Shown here in pieces: positions 52,475-64,000 of a stretch of DNA of 64,000 nt. The position numbers were made by a program, and so were the translations under genes. This DNA is from the human T2T-CHM13v2.0 reference genome, Homo sapiens: the NCBI RefSeq assembly GCF_009914755.1, contig NC_060936.1; one strand, given 5' to 3'. Each line of letters begins with the position of its first letter. Position 1 is the stretch's first letter. The notes under the pieces were generated by a model, which was not told where the DNA came from, ran no database searches, and saw only the letters and a list, made by a program, of their open reading frames with translations.

Positions 52475-54124
52475 GCACCATCATGATGAGTCTATACGTT
52501 GCCTACTTGTTTTTATCCATGTACTTGATGGATCAGATTTTTTTGTAGCCTAATAATAGTTGATACCACACAATGTGAGTGGGTCTTAATTAGCCCATAA
52601 AGCAAATCAATATCCCTTAAGACTGTCTGTGAATATAACTAACCTCTTATGCTATGAAGATGTTTTCAGCCCTTTTTTGTTTGGGAGAAAAGCCTATACT
52701 CACTTTTTAATTACCTGACCACATACTGCAGATTCAAACTAATTTTGTAACCTTTTTTTTACGTTGTGCTATATTGCCAACACAAAGGTATTTAATCTCC
52801 AAATAGAATTCTCCAAAACACCTTGCCTTGTAAGACATTCATTGAAGGCGTTGTCCCATCTATTTGGGGCATTTTTTGATCCTTTATCTTGTGCTTAATT
52901 TAACAAGTTGGCTAATATTTCTGTTGGAATCTTAGGTGGCTTTGATTTTCTAAATTCACAGGATGTCCCATGACTGGCACTGCCATTATTTTGGAAATAA
53001 GACGTAAGCATCAGTTAGCTGTAATCATGGGGTTTATCACTTGCATTTACTTTAGAAATATTTACTGTAAGAAAGCAAGGGAAGGCCAGGGAAGGGAGCA
53101 GTGCTTCAATAAATCCACTCTTTCCAGTCTGAAATAGATTCTGTCTCTACCACTGCCTCAGGTCCTATCAAAATTATTCAATGTATTTGTCAGAATTTGA
53201 ATTCAAAAGGAAAATTCTTCATTAAAATAAAATTGACTAAATTAATTTGAGTGATGAAACTATTTGACAAATTTAATTTAGGTTCCAATAAGCCAAGTTT
53301 GGGGGAATTTATTAAAACATTTTTAGAATGGTGTGGGGCTCGTCACTGGCGTTTAAGTATATAAGTTGATATTCCAATTAAGTTTCAGAGCTAATTGGAA
53401 GTAGCTACGATGCTACCATAATGAACTATCTTCTATGAGCTATAGATTTGAACCACGGATTTTTAACTTTCAAACAATTTTAAAAATAAAACAATTATTT
53501 CTATTTAGAAATTGTTATACTTTGTTGTATAATACATAAGATATAAATTTAAAATGAGCAGGTTTGATGAGGACTGATCTCATCCAGTTAGAATCGGATG
53601 GATCTTTTCTAATTCTGGTTTTATCTCCAGTTTTTATTTGGCATGTTTCCTTCTGATTCATTCTGGGTTGGCTGTTCTACTGCAGGAATTTAAATTCTTG
53701 ATCTTTAGGCTTTTGATATTAAAGGCTTTCAGGTTTGCTATTTCCCTTGGCAACCAGTTTAATTGAACAAATAAGAGTCCTTTCTGTGATCATAAACTAA
53801 AAGGCTGTTTGTAATTTGCCTTTTAAATTATTTCCTCTCATCTAAGATCTCTCATATTCTTTCATGTAATAAAAGCAGGAGTAGATGCTGTCATATAAGC
53901 TGTCTCTCTATTTTGAAGCCCCAAGCATAAAATGTTTGGTTTTTTTTCCCTGTGAGTTTGTTTCTGTTACTTGACTCAGTAACAAATCATACCATTTGTA
54001 TTCTGCCTTATAATTTATAAACCAATTTAATATTCTCATATGAACTTTGTAATAAGCCTGTGAAGTAACAGAGTCATTTATTGAACCCTTGGCATATAGT
54101 AGGTTGTTAAAGATTAACTGAATG

Positions 54125-54424
<300 letters not shown>

Positions 54425-54629
54425 AAAGATTAACTGAATGAAGTGTAGATATTAGTGTCTTATTCTAAAAACAGGTATTTGAAGCTATGAGAAGCTGAAA
54501 TCATTTTCTAAGGTCATTGGGTAGAGTCTGGGCTCATTTTCAGCTGTTCTAGATCATAGGACTAGGTTTTTTCTATTATGCTATATCACACTGATCATAT
54601 TTGAGGTTTCAGTTTCTGCGGTTGTTTTT

Positions 54630-56755
54630 AAGGTAAAATTTACATAGATTGAAATGTTCAGATATTATTGTACAATTTGAGTGTTGAGAAGTACATTTAT
54701 CTGTACAATGAAGACGCCAACGAAGGTATCAAATATTTCCATCTTCCCAATGCCCCTAGAGATCCTTCCCATAAACTTTACCCCAGGCAATCACTTTTCT
54801 GACTTTTTTTCCTGCCATATGTTAGTTTTGCCTGGTCTAAAATTTCTTATAAATGAAATCATATAGAAGATACTCTTTTATGTCCCAGTTATTTCACCTG
54901 GCGTAATGGCTGAGATACATCCACATTGTTGTGTGTATAAGTTGTTTATTCCTTTTTATTGCCGAATAACATTTATTATATGAATATACCACAATTTGTT
55001 CATCTGTTCTGTTGATGAGCATTTTGGTTATTTATTTTTTTAGCTATCATAAATAAAACTGCTATAAACATTTGTGTACAAGTTTCTTTGTGAATATAAA
55101 TGTTTATTTTTATTGGAGACTTACTAGATTACAAGGTAGTTGATGGAGAACATAATGAAACTATCAAGGCTTTTTCTAAAGTGGTTGTACCATTTTACAC
55201 TCCTACCAATAACATGTAAGTATTTTATTTGTTCCACATCCTAGTTAATATTTACTGTTGTTAGTCTTCTTCATTTTAGCAATTGTATTGGATATACAGT
55301 AGATTTCATTGGTTTAATTTGTATTTCTTGGTTAATGTGCTGACCTTTTTTTTCCTGTTCTTATATGCCATTCATGTATTATTGTTAGTGAAGGGTCCAA
55401 AATTTTCCCCACATTTATTTAAGATTTTCTTTTTGTTTTTGAGTCATGGGCATTCTTCATATATCCTGGATATACATTTTTGTCAGATATGTTTATTGTG
55501 AATATGCTCTCTGAGTTGGCAACTTTTCAATTTGTTTTCTTAATAATGTCTTGATGAATAGAAAGCTACCTTGATAAGATTTAGTAGAGGGTTTTTAATT
55601 TTATTGATCTTTCCAAAGAAACAATTTTAGCTTTAATTTTTATATTATCTGTCTTTTTTATTTTATTGATTTAAGCTTTTTATTTTCTTCCTTCTACTTC
55701 CTAGATGAGCAAATTAAACCCAAAGGACTTTGAGAGATCTTGTTTTTTATTCTAATTTAATTCTGTTGTGTTCAGAGAATGCACTCCATGAGAATTCCTT
55801 TTAAAATTTACTTAAATTTATTCTACGATATGTGTGGTCCATATTGGTAAATACTTTAATGCACTTAAAGAATATAATATAATTATACATAATTATAATA
55901 TAGTTCAGTTGTTTCACACAGTGAACAATAAATATGAACTAGGTCAGGATGGTTATGGTGTTTAAATTTTCTCTCTCCCTACTACTTGATTGTGTACAAT
56001 TGTTTTATTAATTGCTGAGGAAGAGATATTGACATCGGGCTATTTTTGTCTGCCCCTCCCTTCCCATGGCATCGGAGCGGAATGTGCCAACTGGCAGTTA
56101 GATGAGAAAGATGGCATTGAGGGAAATTTTAGAGAGCTTTCAAACTCTTTTTATTCTCATGTTCCGTATTTCTAATTTTAACATAAATAATGTGCTTTTA
56201 TACTGGATTGTAAAAGGCATGTGATTTTAGAGATTTTATTTTGGGATGTACTGTCTTATGCTGTATTAAAGGGAAAGAAGTATTAATGTGCATCACCCTA
56301 ACTTGTTTTGGAAGCCAGGGTAGTTGTATGATTTTGTTACTAACAGTGCTAACCTGAATGTGACTTGGTTACCTTAGAAATGCTGGAACTTATATGAATG
56401 TGCTGTAAAATAAAATGAGGACTGGTTCCCAGGAAAAAAAATTGTGTATTTTATTTTTGTAGATATTCTTTAATTCTGTCAATTTATTGCTTCATGTATT
56501 TAGAAGATCTGCTGTTATGCACACACATATTTATAACTGTTATGATTTCAGATGAATTGACCATTTTATCATTATGAAATAACTTTGTCTTGCGTAATAT
56601 TCTTTTTTAGTTTACTTCAACTGCTATTAATGTAGGTACTCTAGACTTCTGCTGACACTTTTCATGGTGCATGCTTTCCATCTACTTACATTCAATTTTT
56701 CAGGGTCATTATATTTAATGTGTGTTTCCTATACACTGCATGTAGTTAAGCCTTC
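54630..56755 (-). mobile_element. ancient L1ME-type LINE (fragmented)
   Basis: Antisense L1ME 3'UTR (aggtaaaatttacatag; aatataccacaatttgtt) and ORF2 motifs. Confidence 0.75.
56037..56441 (+). pseudogene. probable retrocopied mRNA 3'UTR fragment, parent unidentified
   Basis: Non-L1 sequence interrupting colinear L1ME; AATAAA at 56409-56414, A8 tract 19 nt later; several CpGs retained. Confidence 0.65.
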
Positions 56756-57646
56756 CTTAAAAATTTTTATTGATACATAATAGTCACACATATTTATGGG
56801 GTACATGTGTTATTTTGTTACGTGCATAGGATGTGTAATGACCAAGTCAGTGTATTTGGAGTATTCATTCCGTTAAGTATTTATCATTTCTATGTGTTGA
56901 GAACATTTTAAGTCCTCTTTTCTAGCTATTTTGAAATATACAATACATTGTTAACATAGTCGCCTTGTTCTGCTATAGAATATTAGAATGTATTCTTCCT
57001 GTATTACTGCATGTTTGTACCCATTAACCAACCTCTCTTCATAAACCCCACAAACACATGCTTCCTAGCCTCTGGTTTCTATTATTCTATTCTCTACCTC
57101 CATGATATTTTAGCTCCCACCTTGACAATCTGCATTATTTATGTTTCTGTGCTTGGTTTATTTTACTTAACATAATGACCTCCAATTCCACCAATGTTGA
57201 TGAAAGTGACATGATGTTATTATTATTTTTTATGGCCAAGTGTTATTTTATTATATATATATTCCATATTTTCTTTATCAACTGATTCATTGATGGACAC
57301 TTAGGTTTATTCTATATCTTTAGTATTGTGAATAGTGCTGTAATTAAAATTAGGTTACAGGTATCCCTTTGATATACTGACTTCTTTTCCAATGGATAAA
57401 TACTCAGTGGGATGGCTGGACCATGTGGTGGTTCGATATTTTTGTTTTCTGAGAAATTGCCATACTATTTTCCATGGTGGCTATACTAATTTACAGTCCT
57501 ACCAACAGTGTATTAAAAGTTCCCTTTTCTCTGCATCCTCACCAGAATTGTTTTTGGACTTTTTAATGATAGCCATTCTAACTGGAGTAAAATGATATCT
57601 CATTGTAGTTTTGATTTGCGTTTTCCTAGTGATTAGTGATGTTTAG

Positions 57647-58192
<546 letters not shown>

Positions 58193-59157
58193 TAGTTTAA
58201 CATAGTCCCATTTGTCTGTTTTTGCTTTTGTTGCCTGCGCTTTTGAGGAGTTAGTTAAAAATCTTTGCCTAGCCAATGTCCTGAAGTGCTTCCCCTATGT
58301 TTTATTCTAGGATTTTTATAGTGTCGGTCTTACCTTTAAGTCTTTAATCCATCTTGAATTGATCTTTGCATATAGTGAGAGATAGGAATCCAGTTTCATT
58401 CTTCTGCATATGGATGTCCAGTTTTCCAAGCAGCATTCTTTAAAGAGGGTATTCTTTCTGCTAATGCATATTCTTGGCACCTTTGTTGAAAATCGTTTAA
58501 ATACATGGATTATTTCTGTGTTCTCTATTCTATTAGTTTATGATTCTGATTTTATACCAATACTCATGTTCTGGTTACTATAGCCTTGTAATATGTTTTG
58601 AATTTAGGTAGTGTGATGCCTTTGGCTTTATTATTTTTGTTCAGGATCGCCTTGGCTATTTGGGAATTTTTTTGGTTCCATACAAATTTTAGAATTGCTG
58701 TTTTCTATTTCTGTCAAAAATGACCTTGGTACTTTGATAAGGATTCCATTGAATCTGTAGATTGCTTTGGGCAACACAATCATTTTAATAACATTCATTC
58801 TTCTAATCAGTGAGAATTGGATGTGTTCCCATTTGGTTTTGTCCTCTTCAATTTCTTTCATCAGTGTTTTGTAATTTTCCTTGTAGAGGTCATTTATGTC
58901 TCTGATCAAATTTATTTTTAGATTTTTTTTGGCAGCAATTGTAAATGTGATTGTCTTCTTGATTTCTCAGCTAGTTCATTATTTGTGTGTAGAAATGCTA
59001 CAGATTTTTGTATGCCGATTTTATATCCTGTAACATTACTGAAATTATTTATAAGTTCTTAGAGAATTTTAGTGGTGTCTTTAGGTTTTTCTAGATATAA
59101 GATCATGTCATTTGCTAAGAGAGACTATAAGATCACGTCACTTGCTAAGAGAGACAC

Positions 59158-59285
59158 TTTTTTATATTTTTTTAATTTTTTAAACTTATATATATATTTT
59201 ATTATACTTTAACTTCTAGGGTACATGTGCACAACGTGCAGGTTTGTTACATATGTATACATGTGCCATGTTGGTGTGCTGAACC
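59158..59285 (-). mobile_element. very short young L1 3' end (L1PA4-like)
   Basis: ttctagggtacatgtgcacaacgtgcaggtttgttacatatgtatacatgtgccatgttggtgtgctg after a T-rich tail. Confidence 0.9.
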
Positions 59286-62200
59286 TATAATTTTCTCTTT
59301 TCAAATGTAGCTGCCTTTTATTTATTTCTTTCGCCTGATTACTCTAGCTAGGACTTCCAGTACTATGTTGAATAGGAGTAGTGAAAGTGGGAATCCTGGT
59401 CTTGTTTCAATTCTCAGAGGAAAGACTTTTGGCTTTCCCCCATTCAGTATGATATTAACTGTGGGTTTGTCATACATGGCCTTTATTATGTTGAGGTATG
59501 TTCCGTTTATGTCTAATTTGTTGAGAGTTTGTATCATAAAGGAATGTTGACTATTATCAAGTGCTTTTTCTGCATTTATTGAGATGATCATATGATTGTC
59601 ATTCATTCTGCTGAAGTGATACATCACGTTTACTAATTTGCATATGTTGAACTGTCCTTACCTCCTTAGGATAAATCCCACTTGATAACTGTGTGTTATC
59701 TTTTTGATATGCTGTTGGATTCAATTTGCTAGTATTTTATTGAGGATTTTTGTATCTTTATTCATCAGGGATATTGGTCTGTAGTTTTCTTTTTTTTGTC
59801 GCATCTTTGGTTTTGGTATTAGGATAATGCTGGCCTTATGGAATGAGTCAGGAAAAATTACATTCTCTTCAATTTTTGGGACAGCTTGAGGAGAATTGGT
59901 GTTAGTGTTTTGTAAGTTTGATAGAATTCAGCAGCGAAGTCATCTGATTTGGAACATTTCTTTGTTGGGAGATGTTTTATTACTGAATCCATCTAATTAC
60001 TGATTATTGGTCTGTTCAGGTGTTCTATTTCTTCCTGATTTAATGTTGGTAAGTTGTGTGTGTCCAGGAATTTATCTATTTCCTATAAGTTTCTCAGTTT
60101 GTTAGTGTACAGTTGTTCATAATATCCTCTGATGAGTATTTGTATAATATTTCTTCGGTATCAGTGAGTATGTCTCCTTTTTTGTTTCTGATTTTATTTG
60201 GGTCTTTTTTTCCTTTTTTTTTTGGTTAGCCTAGCTAGTTGTTTATCAGTGGTATTTATCTTTTCAAAAAATCAACTTTTCATTTTGTTGATCCTTTTTA
60301 TTGTTTTTTAAGTCCCTATTTCATTTAGTTTTGTTCTGATCCTTTTTTTCTTCTACTAATTTTGAGTTTGGTTTGTTCTTTTCTTTCTAGTTTCTTGAGG
60401 TAAATTGTTAGATTGTTCATTTGAACTCTTTCTACATTTTGATGTAGGTGTTTATTGCTATAGACTTCCCTCTTAGCATGTTTTTTTGCTGTATCCTATA
60501 GGCTTTGGTATGTTGTGTTTCTATTTTCATTTGTTTCTAGACATTTTTTGATGCCTTTATAATTTCTACCCTAACTCAATGATAATTCGGGATCATGTTG
60601 TTTAATTTTCATGTATTTTTACAGTTTCTAAAGTTCCTTTTCTTATTGATTTCTACTTTTATTACATTGTGGTTAGAGAAGATATTTGAAATGACTTCAA
60701 TTTTTAAAAATTTTTTGAGACTTGTTTTGTTTCCTAACATATGGTCAGTTTTGGAGAATGTTTCATGTGTTGATGAGAAAAATGTGTATTCTGTAGCTGC
60801 TGAATGAAATATTCTGTAAATGTCTGTTAGGTCCATTTAATTTAAAGTACAGTTTAAACTCTATGTTTGTTTGTAAATTTTCTGTCTAGATTATCTGCCT
60901 AATGCCGAGAGTGGATTGTTGAGGTCCCCAACTATTGTTGTATTGGAGTCTATTTCTCTCTTTAGGTCTAATATTTGCGTTATATATCAGAGTTCTCCAA
61001 TGTTGGTTGCATATGTCTTTATAATTATTATATCCCCTTGCTGAATTGATCCCTTTATTATTATAGAATAAACATTGTCTCTTTTTGACTGTCTTCGTCT
61101 TAAAGTTTATTTTAATTAGGTATAGTTACTTTTGCTCACATTTGGTTTTTGTTTGCATGGAATATCTTTTTCCATCCATTTACTTTCAGTTTATATGTAT
61201 CTTTACAGATGAGGTGCATTTCTTATAGGCAGCACATAGTTGGGTCATATTTCTTTTATTTAGCCAGTTTATATCTTTTAAGTAGAAAGTTAAATCATTT
61301 TATATTCAAGGTTATTATTTTTATGTGAGGGTTCATTCCTGTCATTTTATCGATTGATTTCTGGTCATTTTTCTTTCTCCCTTATTTATCATTGTGATGT
61401 GGTGTTTTTTTGTAGCAGTAAAATTTGAGTCCTTACTCTTTCTTATTTCTCAACCCATTTGCTCTGCCAGTGGGTTTAACACTTTCATGCAATTTTATAA
61501 CAAGAGATATTGTCCTTTCAATTCCAGGTATAGGACTCCCCTAAGCATTTCTTGTAGGAGCAATCACAGTGGTATGAATTTGTAATGGTGATGAGTTTTT
61601 ATAGCTTTTGCTTGTCTAGGAAAGAGTTTATTTCTCATTCATTTATGAATGATAACTTTGCTCTGTATAGTATCCTTCGCCAGCAGTTTCTTTTTCTTTC
61701 AGCACCTTGAATATATTATGCAATTCTCTCCTGGCCTGTAAGTTTCTACTGAGAAATCTGCTGTTATTCTGATGAGGGTTCCCTTATAAGTGACTGGACA
61801 GTTTTCTCTTGCTAATTTTGAAATGTTCTCTTTGTCTTTGACTTTGGACAGTTTCACTCTAATATGCTGTAGAGAAGGTGTTTTTGAATTATATCTATTT
61901 GGGGAATTCCTGAGCTTCCTATGTCTGATGTGTCAGTCTCTTCCTAGACTTAGGAAGTATTTTGCCATTATTTTATTAAATAGCATTTCTATCCCCTTTG
62001 TTTTCTCTTCTCCTTCTGGGACACCAAACATTTGACTATTTGGTTTCTTTATGGTGTCCCATATATCACATAGAATCTGTTCATTCTTTTTGATTCTTTT
62101 TTCTTTATTTTTGTCTGACTGGGTTATTTCAAAAGACATGTCTTTGTGTTCTGAAATTCTTTCTGTTTGATCTGGTTTCTTGTTGAAGCTTTTGAATGTA

Positions 62201-63524
62201 TTTTGTATGTAATTAAATAAAGTTTTTAGTTCCAGAATTTCTATTCCATTCTTTTTAATGATATCTTTTTGTAATTTTAAAATTCATATCCTGAATTGTT
62301 TTTCTGATTTCTTTTTATTGTTTGTTTGTGTTGTCTTATATCTCACTGAGCTTCTTTAATATCATTATTTTGAATTCTTCTGGGATTTTATAAATTTCTT
62401 TTTTATTGGTATCTGTTGCTGGAGAATTATTGTGTTCCTTTAGAGATGTCATATTTCCTTGCTTTTTCATGTCTTTTTTTGCCTTTACATTGCTATCTGC
62501 ACATCTGATGTAACAGTCACTTCTAATTTTTTTGACTTTGTTTTCATAGGTGAGGACATTTTCCTGAAGATGAATCTATGTTGTTGGTTGGATAGGGCAC
62601 TTTGGCTTAGATTCTGCATGCAGGCAGTAGTGCAGTTCCTGTACAATTTCTTTGGCTTTAAACAGCATATATGGTGTCTGTGATGTTCTCAGTGGTTTAG
62701 GTTGCATTTGTAGTGGAGGCTGTGGTGAGGTTTTGCTGGGGATGGGGATGTCAGGTGGACCAATCCTTGTGCCCCATTGGTAGCAGTAATGGACCAATTG
62801 TACCTGAAGTGGTGTATGCTGACACTGGATTAGCAGGTCCTTGCATGCTGATTCTCGGGCATTCAGGGAGCTTGCTCAGGTGCCAGTAGTGGCAGTGGTG
62901 AGCCAGGCAGGTGAGCAAGTCCTCCAGCCTCTGGACATTAGGCATGGCAGGGGTGATGGCCATAGCAGTGGCAGAACATCCCTGTCTCCCAAGTGGTCTG
63001 CACTGATGTTGGTGGTTGCTGCTGAGGCTCAGCAGGGAAGTCCCTGGTCCACAGGTGGCAAGTGAAGGTAGGTGCTGTCTGTCGTGGTAGTGGAAGGTTG
63101 GTTGGGCTTCACATCAGGTTCCTGGGAGGAGTACCCAGGTACAATGATGATGAATGGGGCTGGGTGATCTCCAGACTCCTAGATGACATGCTCAGGCCCT
63201 GAGGGAGCAGAGTTAGACAGGGAAGGCCTGTCCTCAGGACCCCCATTGCTGTTTGCAGGCACTGGCTGTAGTAAGCAGGGGTTGTCAGAGACAAAATGCT
63301 TGGGTGGGGTTATCAGTAACTGTACTGTGGACCTAATACTGGGGTGGCCAAAGTTGCTTTCAGTAGGAGCAACCATAGGCAGGGGACTGAGGAGAATGCA
63401 CTTCAGCTCCAGGTGGCAGCTATGGGTGGAGCAGCCTCCCCTCAGGGAATTTTTTAATGCACAGTGCCTTTATAACTGGGGGCAGTAGGGCCATTGTCAG
63501 TAGCTTGCCCCTCAGCTTTCTTGA

Positions 63525-63770
63525 GGTCCCCTGTTTCTTTGTCCCAATCAGAAAAGTGCTCCCAGGCAAAAAGTATAGGTCATTGTTGGGCTAATCTCAT
63601 GTATTCTCCTCTCTGAGGGATCACAGTTCTAGACTGTCTGCTGTTTATCATCTGATAATAAACCCCTCATGTATTTTGTCCCAGGTTACAATTTTTTTTT
63701 TTTAATCTCGAAAGCATTAGTTGGATACCAGTTACTTCACTGTAGGCAAGAGTGGAAATCTCATGGGCAG
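63525..63770 (-). mobile_element. L1ME-type 5' end
   Basis: ctctctgagggatcacagttct...tcatgtattttgtccc resembles the antisense L1ME 5' region. Confidence 0.55.
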
Positions 63771-63904
63771 AAACAGAAGTCTTAATTATTGATTATTTTT
63801 TAGCTACTTTGTCCCTACTAGATATCAATAGTTTAAAATAAGTGTTTACACATACTTTCTACTCATCTTTCCCACATCAACATAAGCTACTAAGAGGGTT
63901 TCCC

Positions 63905-64000
63905 TGTTTCCCTAGAACTGGCATCATCAGCAAAACTTTTAGAAATAAAAATTTACTGGCCTCACCCAAGACCTGATGAATCAAAAAGTGTGTTTGGGGA
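63905..64000 (+). mobile_element. MER5A-like, cut by the window edge
   Basis: ttagaaataaaaatttactggcctcacccaagacctgatgaatcaaaa. Confidence 0.6.

Overview
This is primate genomic DNA, almost certainly hominoid/human: it carries AluJ/S elements and an L1PA4-type fragment, and it is AT-rich and CpG-depleted with no CpG island. I found no recognisable protein-coding exon, tRNA, rRNA or CRISPR array, so the window reads as intergenic or deep-intronic. Most of it is transposon-derived. The centrepiece is a three-level nest on the minus strand: a full-length L1PA15-like LINE (21577-36333) interrupted by a complete 8.4-kb ERV1 provirus (26818-35242; two LTR8A-type LTRs, 4-bp TSD, Arg-like PBS, env-tail remnant), which itself carries a MER72-like solo LTR. 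A near full-length L1MA3-like LINE (56757-63520) sits inside an older L1ME. Non-routine signals are an unidentified ~400-bp polyadenylated 3'UTR-like insertion (56037-56441), a probable short L1 3' transduction (4027-4072), a templated hairpin insertion sharing 23 bp with a site 1.09 kb away (7634-7661 vs 8727-8749), a MADE1 miR-548-type hairpin inside a MER39 LTR, and a closely spaced inverted Alu pair. I see no evidence for a new multi-gene system. Subfamily names come from remembered consensus sequences and need RepeatMasker/Dfam confirmation; boundaries of old repeats are approximate.
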